A DNA stretch of 64,000 bases from Octopus sinensis (Eukaryota): the NCBI RefSeq assembly GCF_006345805.1, contig NC_043021.1, positions 8,370,001-8,434,000 on the forward strand, given 5' to 3'. A model generated the notes under the pieces. The model was given only the letters and a program-made list of their open reading frames with translations. It was not told the origin of the DNA and did not search any database. Position 1 is the stretch's first letter. The number at the start of each line of letters is the position of its first letter. Made by a program: the position numbers and the translations under genes. Shown in pieces: positions 14,345 through 29,158 of the stretch.

Positions 14345-14666
14345 ATATATACATTGACAGGGCAAGACTGCTAGGTAGTCTGCCGCATGCTAGAAATAGA
14401 TCATCAACGATCAAACTACAAAGAAAGTTCTCTAGAGGAAAAATTCAGCGAACACCAGAACGAAATTTGGCGGGCAGGACAGATGAAAATTTATATAAAA
14501 CAGAATTAAGTGCATACCTCGGTTTCGGCCTTTAACAAAAGAATTACTTACATAATTCAAATGTCCGTGGCTTCATCAGTACAATCGTTCAGTGTAAATG
14601 CAATCTGAAAAAACTAACCCCAGCTTTCTGTGCCAAAACAGACACGTGTTTAGTTTTACCGATTAC

Positions 14667-14712
<46 letters not shown>

Positions 14713-15219
14713 TATATGATGGGCTTCTTTTTGTTTCTGTCTACCAAATCCACTTACAAGGTCATTTAATCAAATGGTTTCAGAAAGACCAAACCACATC
14801 TTAAACACAGAAAATCCTGAGCCAAGTTTCACCCCACAAAACTTTGTAGATAACAAGGCAGCTTCTTTCTTCACACATGATATATACGCATGCATGCACA
14901 TGTACGTGTATCTGAGCTTGTATGCATGTGTGTGTGTGTGTTTCTGATGATAATCAATATAAGAACACTATGTACCATAGCCATTGCCACTTGTCTAGCA
15001 AATGATAATATATCGACAGGTGATATCACTTCTTCGTGGATCGTTCCATCGTCATCTTTAACAGAATATGTCATCTCAGTGTAACCATCTTCAATGTTCT
15101 TTCTCGGTTGTCCATCCAGACGACATCTCCTGTGAACAGAAATGGAACAGAATTAGACATTTTTGCTTATTTATGTAACTCTACATCTTCAGTATCTGTT
15201 TGCCTGATAATCTTTAAGT

Positions 15220-15258
<39 letters not shown>

Positions 15259-18200
15259 GTTTAGCGATGGGGTTCAATGGGGTCTGGGAAGCCAGAAGGT
15301 TGCACCAGGATCCAGTCTGATCTGGCAATGTTTCTACCGCTGGATGCCCTTCCTAACGCCAACCACTCCATGAGTGTAGTGAGTGCTTTTTATGTGCCAG
15401 ACGAGGCTGGCAAACGGCCACGATTGGATGGTGCTTTTTACGTGCCACCGGCACGGAGGCCAGGCGAGGCTGGCAATAGCCATGATCGGATAAGTATATA
15501 CATATATACTTATATGTGTGTGTGTTACACACAAACACACATACACACATGCACATATATATACACACGGAGTACATAAGATATTTGAGGATAGATTTAT
15601 GTTTATCAAAACACAGATATATAATAACAGATAATAACTTTCATCATCATCATCATCATCATTTAACGTCTGCTTTCCATGCTAGCATGGGTTGGACGGT
15701 TCAACTGGGGTCTGGGAAGCCAGGAGGCTGCACTAGGCTCCAGTCTGATCTGGCAGTGTTTCTACAGCTGGATGCTCTTCCTAACGCCAACCACTCCATG
15801 GGTGCCTTTTACGTGCCACCGGTACAGGTGCCAAGGCTGGCTTGCAACGGCCATGATTGGCTGGTTCTTTTTACATGCCACTGGCATGGAAGCCAGTCAA
15901 GGCGGCGCTGGCATCGGCCATAGTATATTGGATACTATGTTGCAATGGTTTATTTTTATTTTCAATTTGTGTTTTGCATTTTTGGGGGTTGTAATTTTTC
16001 TTGAGAGACATTATACTTACTGTAAGAAATTGTGTAGATTTCCATATGGAAGATATTCCATGATTAATGCAATCGGTTCACTCAGAGTACAAGCTCCAAT
16101 CATAGCCACAATATTTGGATGTTTCCCAATTTTCTTCATCAAATCCAGTTCTGCAAGAAAGTCCTCCTTGTAAGACAGCGGTGCACAATCTACAATATTT
16201 AGAAGAGGAAAAAGAAAATGCAAAAACACTAGAATCTTCTTCGTATATTTAGTTCTTTAGGGTTCATCCTTAAAGCTACCTCTTCATTTTCCTTATTTCT
16301 TTATTGCCCACAAGGGGCTAAACATAGAGGGGACAAACAAAGACAGAGAAAGGGATTAAGTCGATTACATCGGACCCCAGTGTGTAACTGGTACTTCTTT
16401 TATCGACCCCGAAAGGCAAAGTCGACCTTGGTGGAATTTGAACTGAGAATGTAATGGCAGACGAAATACCTATTTCTTTACTACCCACAAGGGGCTAAAC
16501 ACAGAGAATACAAACAAGGTCAGACAAACGAATTAAGTCGATTACATCAACCCCAGTGCGTAACTGGTACTTAATTTATTGACCCCGAAAGGATGAAAGG
16601 CAATATCGACCTTGGTGGAATTTGAACTCAGAACGTAGAGGCAGACGAAGTACCGCTAAGCCTTTCACCCAGTGTGCTAACGATTCTGCCAGATTGCCTA
16701 CTTCAGTTTCCATCCGCAATTCCACCTCTTTTGTATTTGTCCTCATCCTTATTTCTTTTAATAGTTTATATAAATATAAATATATAATTATATATGGATG
16801 TGCATATATATATATATATAGCAGTCTCCATCACTTTAGTGACAACTGTACTTGTTGCCTTTTGGCTGTAAATTGCAAATAGCCACCTTAATAATTTATA
16901 ATTTTTACTTCACCATTTTTTGAATCGGTCAATGATTCCTATGGTGTTCTCTCTGAGACTGACAAGGTGAGTTGAGTTCTTTAACCCTCAGCAACAGAGT
17001 AATAGTCTGTCTCATTCTGTTTCATTCAACCTGAGGATTGCTCTGCATTTAAATTGATATATATATATATATATATATAACAGGCTTCTTTCAGTTTTTG
17101 TCTATCAAATCCACTTACAAGGCTTTGGTTGGCTGGAGGCTGTAATAGAAGACACTTGCTCAAGGTGCCACGCAGTGGGACTGAACCCAGAACCGTGTGG
17201 TTCATAAGCAAGCTACTTACCACACAGCCACTCCTACACCTACGTCTCATTCTATTTCATTCATTCTGTTCCATTATATCTATTTCATTCAATCTGTCTC
17301 TTTCTATTTCATTCATTCTGTTCCATTTTATCTATTTCATTCAATCTGACTCTTTCTATTTCATTCATTCTGTTCCATTCTATCTATTTCATTCAATCTG
17401 TCTCTTTCTATTTCATTCATTCTGTTCCATTCTATCTATTTCATTCAATCTGTCTCTTTCTATTTCATTCATTCTGTTCCATTCTATCTATTTCATTCAA
17501 TCTGTCTCTTTCTATTTCATTCATTCTGTTCCATTTTATCTATTTCATTCAATCTGACTCTTTCTATTTCATTCATTCTGTTCCATTCTATCTATTTCAT
17601 TCAATCTGTCTCTTTCTATTTCATTCATTCTGTTCCATTCTATCTATTTCATTCAATCTGTCTCTTTCTATTTCATTCATTCTGTTCCATTCTATCTATT
17701 TCATTCAATCTGTCTCTTTTATTTCATTCATTCTGTTCCATTTTATCTATTTCATTCAATCTGACTCTTTCTATTTCATTCATTCTGTTCCATTTTATCT
17801 GTTTCATTCAATCTGTCTCTTTCTATTTCATTCATTCTGTTCCATTTTATCTATTTCATTCAATCTGACTCTTTCTATTTCGTTCATTCTGTTCCATTTT
17901 ATCTGTTTCATTCAATCTGTCTCTTTCTATTTCATTCATTCTGCTCCATTTTATCTATTTCATTCAATCTGACTCTTTCTATTTCATTCGTTCTGTTCCA
18001 TTTTATCTGTTTCATTCAATCTGACTCTTTCTATTTCATTCATTCTGTTCCATTTTATCTATTTCATTCAATCTGACTCTTTCTATTTCATTCATTCTGC
18101 TCCATGTTATCTATTTCATTCAATCTGACTCATTCTATTTCATTCACTCTGTTCCATTCTATCTATTTCATTCAATCTGACTCTTTCTATTTCATTCAGT

Positions 18201-19173
18201 CTCTCTCATTCATTCTGTATCTATCATCCAATTTCACACAAAATTCCTTCAGTCATTTACAACAGTTTTACCTCTGACCAGTTTAATGGCCACCTTCTCC
18301 TGGCTGTAGTATCCAATGACCACTTTGCCAAAAGCCCCTTCACCAATTGGCGTGCTGAACTTCAACTGTCTGGTGTCAATCTCCCATTCATCGTTGGTCA
18401 CCTGCAGGTCATTAGCATAATCAGATTTACCTGCAATGAAAATATACTCCTTTATTTGTTTCAGTCATTATGACTGCGGCCATGCTGGAGCATCGCCTTT
18501 AGTCAAGCAATTCAACCCCAGGGCTTATTCTTTGTAAGCCTAGTATTTATTCTATCAGTTTCTTTTGCCAAACTGCTAAGTTACCAGAATGTAAACACAC
18601 CAACATTGGTTGGGGGGACAAAAACAAACACACAAATACATACATGTATATATATATATCTATATATATATATATATATTATACATGATAGACCGTTAGC
18701 TCCTACATGTATTTTTTTCTCTAGTTGTTTCTCTCCTTGTTTCGTTTCTGTGTATCTTTCTGTCGAAGGGCGTAGGCTCGAAACGTAAAAGACTTATTTT
18801 ATTTCTATTCCTGAGCGCCATACTAATACATTTGATTGTTTGTACTCCACCTGCCTTCGTCTTTTGTTTATTTTCGTAAACCTTCCTGTTATATATATAT
18901 ATATATATAAATTTATATAAATAAGGATAAAATCATTATTTAAATATCGAACTTATCAAGTGGCCAGCATGGGAATAAAAACCTTCAAAGGTAATAATTA
19001 TTATTAAATTTATAATTTAGGGTATCTAAGAGATACCCTAAATTATAATTGACGGTTTTTATTGTCATGCTGGCCACCTGATAAATTTGATATTTGAATA
19101 AGGATCTTATCCTTATTTATTCATATATATATATATGTATGTATGTATGTTTGTATGTATGTATGTATGTATG

Positions 19174-19207
<34 letters not shown>

Positions 19208-20105
19208 TATATGTATGTATGTATGTATATATATATGCATATGTGTGTGAATGTATTTCCAACAAGAACAACACCACCACCATTAACAACAACATCACCA
19301 CTACCACCACCACCAGCAACAACAGCAACACCACCACCAACAACAACAACACCAACAGCAACAACAACATCACCACCACCAACAACAACACCACCACCAT
19401 CAACACTACCACCAACACCACCACCACCAACAACAACAACAGCACCACCAATAGCAATAACACCCCACCACCACCACCACCAAAACCACCACCACCACCA
19501 ACAACATCACCACCATCAACAACACCACCACCACAAACCCCCCAACAAACTGCATGCGTCACAACCATGCCGCAACTCTCTCACAATTTGTTAATAATTT
19601 CAAAGCGATACTTACAGCCTGTCACGTTCGACTTGTAACTGTTGCTCTTGGCAACAGTCGTTTTGCTGATCACCGTGTTCTTCAGGTTCTTCCTTCTCCT
19701 GTAAACCACTGCGAGCAACGTGAACATCACAAACAGAACAGCGGCACATATGATTCCCGTGATGGGACTTTTCGTCGTATTCACATTGTCGACAGAAACA
19801 TCTGGGGAAAATAAATATCCATAATCAGTAATAGCAGAAGCGGCAGCAGCAGCAGAAGCAGAAGCAGCAGCAGCCGTCCAAGAATTTGGAGCTGGAGATC
19901 TCCATTTCCAGCGACTTCGAGGGCCCACCTCCCAGTGGTGCCGGGCGTCAACGAAGAGCCCTCGACTACAAAAAGACGACCAAAGTTTTTTTTTTTTCTT
20001 CTTTTTCCAAGGTCTGGGGGTCTCCCGCCCCCTAAGCCCTAGACCATCACCTAATCACCCTTACCCATCTTGTTGCTTAACAGCAACAACAACAACAGCA
20101 GCAGC

Positions 20106-20182
<77 letters not shown>

Positions 20183-20186
20183 TAGC

Positions 20187-20218
<32 letters not shown>

Positions 20219-20889
20219 CAGCAGCAGTAGTAGTAGTAGTAGCAGTAGCAGTAGTAGTAGTAGTAGTAGCAGTAGTAGTAGTAGTAGCAGTAGTAGTAGT
20301 AGTAGTAGTAGTAGTCTGGTATATCACATCGCCAAATATTGCCTTCACTTGTATCACGTTGCTATCAATAGCATCTGTTAATTTAATTCTCCCCCAGAGT
20401 TGGTCGCTATTTCACAGTTAATTAGGCCTAAACATCATTAAAGTACCAGTTCAGTACTGGGGTCCAATGTAATTGGCTTCACTCTTGACTCAAAATTGCT
20501 TAGCAAGATCTTACTATGCACTCAGCCAGGGGCAGACTGAGAGTACTAAGAGCCCTTGGGTATAACTGTTTACTGGACCCCTTAGCATTGATTTAGTAGA
20601 GTGCAAGGCTCCTCAGAGCCCTGGGCCCTTGAGCAGTGCCCGATTGACTGACGGCTCAGTCTGCCCCTGCACACAGCTGATGAAAAGCACCCAACCTACT
20701 CTTGACAGAAGATCATCATCATCATCATTGTTTAACGTCCGCTTTCCATGCTAGCATGGGTTGGACGATTTGACTGAGGACTGGTGAACCAGATGGCTGC
20801 ACCAGGCTCCAATCTGATCTGGCAAGGGTTTCTACAGCTGGATGCTGCACACAGCTGATAAAAAGCACCCAACCTACTCTTGACAGAAG

Positions 20890-20927
<38 letters not shown>

Positions 20928-22982
20928 TGTTTAACATCCGCTTTCCATGCTAGCATGTGTTGGACGATATGACTGAGGACTGGTGAACCAGATGGGGCTG
21001 TACCAGGCTCCAATCTGATCTGGCAGGGGTTTCTACAGTTGGATGCCCTTCCTAATGCATGCTAAGGTTTCTGCCAGATTGCCTCCAAAACACAGCATAC
21101 CAATGATTCTGCCAACTCACTGCCTTAATGACAACAACAATAACAACAACAACAACAAGAATATTAACATCATTGAGTACATACTTTCTTTGAGACGGAT
21201 ATTCCTCGTTATCACTTTCTTCTCACTTATTATTCCTGAAATGGTTGTGTTTACATACAACGGACTGCTTTGGGCCGATTTATTGGTTCCTGCGTTTGTC
21301 TGGTAGACAGCAGTTACCTGCCAATAGATTGTGATATTACAATTAAGAAAACGTTGAATGTCAAACACCTTACACATGAACAAGTACAGTAATGCCAATT
21401 GAAGTTGTCCCCTTTTTTTTGCTTATTCTTTTGTATGATTTAATTTCTAAATTATTCAATATAAGCTCTAATTATTATTTAGAGGTTATTTACATTATTT
21501 ACATTTGATGGATATTTGTCTACATCTTGTTTCTTGTTAATACAATGTTTCGGCTGATATACCCTCCGGCCTTCCTAACACCAACCACCCTGTAGAGTGG
21601 ACTAAGTGCTTTTAATGTGGCACCAGCAAAGGTGAGGACAGTTTTGGTATGGTTTTTACAGTTCGATGCCCTTCCAAATGCCAACCAATACGTAGTGTGG
21701 ACTGGATGCTCTTGTCTATTTGTTGAATGCTTGTCATGTTCACAGGATCTGTGGGTTCAAGTTCCCAAGCAGCCTTTGACTTTTCTTATCCAAAGGATTT
21801 TTTTAACCCAATATTCACACATTATTCTGAACCCAAAACCATGTGGTTGGTAAGCAAGCTACTTACCACACAGCCACTCCTGTGCCTGATATGTGATATT
21901 ATTATATAAAATAATTATTTTAAAAAATTAACAACAATAATAATTAGATAAATACCAACCTTGATTTTGTAAATGAATGATGGTTCCAAGACAAGTAAAA
22001 CCGAAGTTTCTTCACATTTCACTTTACCAGCCAGCAAAATATTTGATTGGTCCATATATCCAGGCGCTTGCCAAGCCACAAGATATTTGATATTTGTTCT
22101 GTTAATCGGTGCCATCCATGAGAAATTACCAATTATTTTGTGCACCGTCTTATTGTAGACTAAAGATTCAATGCTTGGGAACCACTTTTGAATTTCTGGA
22201 ATTAAACATTAAAATTAACTGTTCAGATGAGGGACAAATATCCGTCAAATGTAAATAATGTAAATAACGTGATCATTGCAGAAAATACCAGATATTTATG
22301 ATTTTTACTTGCATGTAAAGGATTTTTGTTGGACACAGTGTGAGGCAACTGGTGTTGCCTCCCTCCCATCTCCCCTCCCTCCCCTCCCCTCCCACCTTCC
22401 CTACACCAAGTGCCTGGTGGAGGTAGTGCCACCCTGAGTGAAGAAGCGGGACTGCTGGAATACCCTATGTCTGGCAACAGGACTCTGCACCACGCCACAC
22501 AAGCAGGAGAGAACCCAGTCATGGCTGTCAGACAATTTCTGTGACCACATCACCCCTAACGCCTGGCCACCTAATTCAACTCCCCAGACTTGCAACCCCC
22601 TTGATTATTATATGTTGAGTGAAAGACCAACGAAACTTCTTGTAGCGCCACAGATAAACTGAAGGCAAGGGTTATGGCAGCATTCACCAACTTGAACAAG
22701 GAGACCATCCAGAAGATTTGCAGAGGATTCCCAAGTCGTCTGGAGCCCATGGTTTGAAGCCAATGGTGATTTTATTGAATAAATTTATTCTTTAGTATTT
22801 TAAGATATTTTAATGTGATTTTGGTAAATATATCTGTTAAAATGAGATGTCAGTGTTTCTTTCATCTTTGCGTAACTTAGATGACAATTTGTTCACTGCA
22901 CCCTGTATATATATAGACAATACACACACACACATACACACACACACACACAAACTTGTTTCAGTCAATAATAATAATAATA

Positions 22983-23029
<47 letters not shown>

Positions 23030-23085
23030 TATAATAATAATAATAATAATAATATAATAATAATAATAATAATAGTAATAATAAT

Positions 23086-23117
<32 letters not shown>

Positions 23118-23144
23118 GATATAATAATAATAATAATAATAGTA

Positions 23145-23182
<38 letters not shown>

Positions 23183-23183
23183 G

Positions 23184-23255
<72 letters not shown>

Positions 23256-23375
23256 TAGTAATATAATAATAATATAATAATAATAATAATGATAATAATA
23301 ATAAAATAATAATAATAATTAGTAATAATAATAATAATAATATAATATAATGATAATGATAATAATAATAATAAT

Positions 23376-23412
<37 letters not shown>

Positions 23413-23515
23413 TAATAATAATATAATAATAATAATAATAGTAATAATATAATAATAATGATGATAATGATAATATAATAATAATAATAATAATAATAAT
23501 ATAATAATAATAATG

Positions 23516-23572
<57 letters not shown>

Positions 23573-23960
23573 GTAATAATAATAATAATAATAATAATTA
23601 TAATAAAATATAAATACTTGCTAATAGAAATTGAAAAAAAAATATATATTTATTTATCAGTTTTATATATTTTGTATATGTACACACACACACACACACA
23701 CACACAGACACACACAACGCACTGATTAATTTAATCCTAAATCTAAATCTAGCTTTAATGATAATTCCCTTTATCAGTAATTCACTTCCTGATAAAAAAA
23801 CTTCTTAATCGACATATCCCATAAATTAAATTGGTTTTCTAATTGCTTAGATATCTCAATCAACATCTCTGTCTGTTCATCTGTCTGTTCGTCTGTCTCT
23901 CTGTCTGTCCCCCCTCTCTCTCTCTCTCTTTTTCTCTCTCTCTCCCTCTCTCTCTCTCTC

Positions 23961-24008
<48 letters not shown>

Positions 24009-24014
24009 CCTACC

Positions 24015-24049
<35 letters not shown>

Positions 24050-24292
24050 TAGTCTGTCTGTCTGTCTGTCTGTCTTGTTCCTTTTCCTTTTTTTTTTTCT
24101 CCCCTTTCACGATCCCTTTTGATTGAAAACCTACGCCACTTTTTTTTGTTTCTTTTGTTTTTTGTTTTTTGCTTTTTTTCATCCCCCAAAAGAAAAGCTC
24201 TACCTTGTAATTTGTCCCATCTGTGTGCAGCCCTGTGTGGCCAATAAAGAAACTTATCTATCTATCTATCTGTCTGTCTGTGTGTCTGTCTG

Positions 24293-24367
<75 letters not shown>

Positions 24368-25643
24368 CTCTCTCTATCTATCTATCTATCTATCTCTCTA
24401 TCTGTCTATCTATCTTTCTCTGTCTTTCCCACAGTCACTAGCCCCAATTCTTATCAACACCAGTTCACATTTATGGTTATAGGGGACTTGATCCCATCTC
24501 AACTTCTCCATTCTCCCCCCACCTCGTTCCACTCAGATCTTCCATCTTTTATCCTCTACTCGTTCCAGTCATAAGAGTGCGGCCATGCTGGGGCACTGCA
24601 ATGAAGAACTTTTAGTACTTAACTCTTTTTAAAGCCCTGATACTTATTCAATTGGTTTCTCTTACCAAACCACTAAGCTATGGAGATGTAAACACACCAA
24701 CACCGGTTGTCAAGTGGTGGTGGTGGTGGTGGTGGTGGTCTTTCAGTTTCCATCTGCCATATCCACAAACAAGGTCAAGGTCTGCCTGAAGCTATAGTAG
24801 AAGACACTTACTTGCCCAAGGTGGCATGCAGTGGGACTGAACCAGGAACCATACTGTTGGAAAGCAAACTTATTACCACACAGCCACGCCTGTTATCATA
24901 TTTAAATGTTTGGTAATCGTATTATTCTGTTATTCTTTTACTTGTTTCAGTCATTGCGACTGCGGCCATGCTGGAGCACCGCCTTTGTCAAGCTGCTAAT
25001 CGATACCAGGACTTATTGTTTGTAAGCCTAGTACTTATTCTATCGGTCTCTTTTTGCCGAACCACTAAGTTACGGGGATGTAAACACACCAGCAGCGGTT
25101 GTCAAACAATGTTGTGGGGGACAAACACAGGATGATATGCAAAGAATTTGAACTTGAATGTAAAGATTCAAGAAATAATGCTAAGCATTTTGCCTGGCAT
25201 GCTAATGATTCTGCAAGCTCACTGCCTGAAATAATAATAATGATGATGATGATAATAATAATAATAATATAAAGACTTGCTAATAGAAATTGAAAAAATG
25301 TGGTATCTCAAGGTGACTACAGTACTAGTGATTGTAGGATCTCTAGGAATGATAAAAAAGGTACTGAAACCTATTTGAAAATGATACCAGGCTTACCATC
25401 CCTACAGGACGTGCAAACAATCGTATTAACTGGAATGACTCATGTACTGAGAAGAGCATTAATCGCTGTGAAAACAACATCCATTCATGAATTTATTTAT
25501 TTATCAATTTTTTTTTAAATACATATTTTACCTGTGATTTTGCGTGTGTAGTCTAGGAATGCATACAATGAGCTTCTCTGCCCTAGGTGTGCGGAAAACA
25601 CTCAGAAAGAAATGGAAGAAAATTTGAAGAAAGAAGAAAAATC

Positions 25644-25688
<45 letters not shown>

Positions 25689-28600
25689 GTCCAAGGATAC
25701 TTACTTGAAGAATTTGTGTATTTAGTCTGATTGCATCCCGTGAAAAACCTGTGGGTATGAAGGCATTTTGGAGTCTTTATCTTGAAGTCATGTATCCATG
25801 TTCTGATTCCTTCAGAAGCCTCAATTTTCACAGAATATAAAGAATTGTACATGATGTTTGGTAGGATCACTTGGACCTAGGATGTTGTTTACGAAATGGT
25901 GAGGAGAGAATGACAATCAGGTTAAACAATAAAATGATAAATTATTTTCCATCATACAAGGTATTTTCAAACGGTTTACTCTTTTACTCTTTTACTCTTT
26001 TACTTGTTTCAGTCCTTTGACTGTGGCCATGCTGGAGCACCGCCTTTAGTCGAGCAAATTGACCCCAGGACTTACTCTTTGAAAGCCTAGTACTTATTCT
26101 ATCGGTCTCTTTTACCAAACTGTTAAGTAACGGGGACATAAACACACCAACATCGGTTTTCAAGTGATATTGGGGGAACAAACACACACACACAAACACA
26201 CACAAATATTTATATATACATATATACAACGGGTTTCTTTCAGTTTCACGACGACGACGACGACGACCACCACCACCAACAAGGTGCCATGCAGTGGGAC
26301 TGAACTTGGAACGATGTGGTTGGTAAGCAAACTTCTGTACCACACAGCCACGCATGCCATCTATATATAAAAAAACATTTGCAATACCTGTCCTCCAGTA
26401 CTGGAGTTGTGCACCGGTCCATAATGCTGCTTTGGTAACCCGCACTTCCGTACATCTTTGTAAATGCCACAGTTCTCTAGAAACCAGTTCACATAGTAAT
26501 CTATGTTCCTGTTCTTTGATTGTGATGTTAAGCCAGTCTTTTCTCTCATCTGTAGAACAACAGACAAGCTGTTATTTATTTCAGTTATTTTCTCCTGAAT
26601 GTAAAACAACTTTCCCCTGGATCTTCTTTTCGATGATTCTGATTTCGATTTCATGGAATTTTCGGAAAATACCTCTCCTGTAAAGACACAAGGGAGAATG
26701 GTACTGTAGCGTCAGTGATATTGTATTTATGTATTTATGAGAAGAAAAAACATGAAGCAAGAAAGGGCAAGAGAAAACCATTTATTCTTCATACAATCAT
26801 TTGTAGAGATGCAAAAATTAACCCACCACACAAACATCAAAATTTTCTTCCATTGGCACAAAACCAGAAGATTTGGTGATAGGATAGGTTGGGGAGGAAG
26901 CTAGTTGATTAAATTTTGCCTCAGTTCAACACTGGTATTTTATTTTGTCAACCAAAGATGGAAGACGAAGTTGATCTCAGCAGGATTTGAGTTTAGCGTG
27001 TGTAGCGGGAATACTCAGCAATCACCGATGTTGCAATTTACTGGAATGTTTTCCCACATGGTCAGCAAATCTGACCAGTCGTGACTTCACCTGGAAAGAT
27101 TATTACCCATGTGACCAACAACATCTGGCGCAGGAGTGGCTGTGTGGTAAGAAGCTTGCTTAACCAACCACATGGTTCCGGGTTCAGTCCCACTGCATGG
27201 CACCTTGCGCAAGTGCCTTCTACTATAGCCTCAGGCCGACCAAAGCCTTGTGAGTGGATTTGGTAGATCAGAAACTGAAAGACGCTCGTTGTATATATGT
27301 ATTATATATATATCATATATATATATATTATTTACATTTGATGGATATTTGTCCTCATCTGGTTTGTTGCTAATACGTTTCAGCTGATATACCCTCCAGC
27401 CTTCATCATGGAGGGTATATCAGCCAAAACATTGTGTTAACAACAACAAGTTGAGGACAAATATCCATCAAATGTAAATAATGTACATAATTCCTCATCT
27501 CTTAAATGTTGAACTGTAGGCTTCTTTCAGTTTCTTATTTCTTTATTGCCCACAAGGGGCTATACATAGAGGGGACAAACAAGGACAGACAAAGAGATTA
27601 AGCTGATTACATCGAACCCAGTGTGTAACTGGTACTTAATTTATCAACCCTGAAAGGATGAAAGGCAAAGTCGACCTCGGCAGAATTTGAACTCAATATG
27701 TAGTGACAGACGAAATACCAATAAACATTTCGCCTGGCGTGCTAACGTTTCTGCCAGCTCGCTGCCTTTCTGGGATTCTTTCAGTTTCTGTCTACCAAAT
27801 TCACTCACAAAGCTTTGGTCAGCCTGAGGCTATAGTAGAAGACACTTGCCCAAATTGCCATGCATTAGGACTGAACCCAGAACCATGTGTTTGGGAAGCA
27901 AGCTTCTAGTAATCAACTTGTTACTTATTGTAATGTGAAAGTATCTACCTGACTGGTTGGCTGGTCGGTGGGTTGGTTGGTTGGTGAAGGTGAATAAAAT
28001 AGAATAAAGTACGATTGATCTCATTGGAATTGGATCTCGGAGACTAAAAAGAGATGCAATTAGAAATAAAACTATGCATTGTCTTTGATGTTTTCTAGTG
28101 ATTCTAATTAACAATCAAAGATAATCCTGAAATATTTACCAAATCACTAAAGAGATAAAAAAAATTATTGGTGACAATGCAAAAAATGTCACCAGGGAAG
28201 GTATTTGTTATAGATGCGAGATGATGATGATGACGATGATGATGGTAATGATGGTGGTGGTGATGATGATGATGATGATGGTAATGATGATGGTGTGATG
28301 ATGATGATGGTGATGATGACGATGATGATGGTAATGATGGTGGTGGTGATGATGATGATGATGATGGTGATGATGACGATGATGATGGTAATGATGGTGG
28401 TGGTGATGATGATGATGATGATGGTGATGATGATGGTGGTGATGATGATGATGGTGATGGTGATGATGACGATGATGATGGTAATGATGGTGGTGGTGAT
28501 GATGATGATGATGATGGTGATGATGATGGTGGTGATGATGATGATGGTGATGGTGATGATGACGATGATGATGGTAATGATGGTGGTGGTGATGATGATG

Positions 28601-29120
28601 ATGATGATGGTAATGATGGTGGTGGTGATGATGATGATGGTGATGATGACGATGACGATGACAACAATGATGATGATGGTGTTTGTGGTGATCATGTTAG
28701 TGGTGTTGGCGGGCAGTTGTGATGATGATGATGATGATACTGGTGTTGACAGAGGTGGTGGTGGTGGTGATTGCTGTTGCAGGTGTTAGGGGGATGTGAT
28801 GCTTGAGATGATGGTGATAATAATGATGATGACGATGACGATGATCATGATGATGATGAGGAGGAGGAGGAGAGGATGAAGATGATGATGATGTTGAGGA
28901 GGAGGAGGAGGAGGATGAAGATGATGATGAGGAGGAGGAGAGGATGAAGATGGTGATGATGATAAGGGGGAGGAGGATGTGAAAATGATGAGGAGGAGGA
29001 GGAGGAGGAGGAGGAGAAGAGGATGAAGATGGTGATGATGATAAGGGGGAGGAGGTGAAAATGATAATGATGATGCTGAGGAGGAGGAGGTGAAAATGAT
29101 GAGGGGGAGGAGGATGGTGG

Positions 29121-29158
<38 letters not shown>

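Noticed and set aside
20670-20700. Other CTGATGA matches (20678, 14574, 38208, 52256) as hammerheads
   Set aside because: No stem II followed by GAAA; they lie in LINE or SINE sequence.
25984-26445. Alternative frame of the 26.4-26.7 kb exon ([11 protein letters not shown]...)
   Set aside because: It runs into a SINE. The chosen frame has FN3 motifs and matches the phases of both neighbours.
28104-28789. Poly-S/P, poly-I/T and poly-M/D ORFs
   Set aside because: Triplet microsatellite inside an RTK intron; no splice or domain support.
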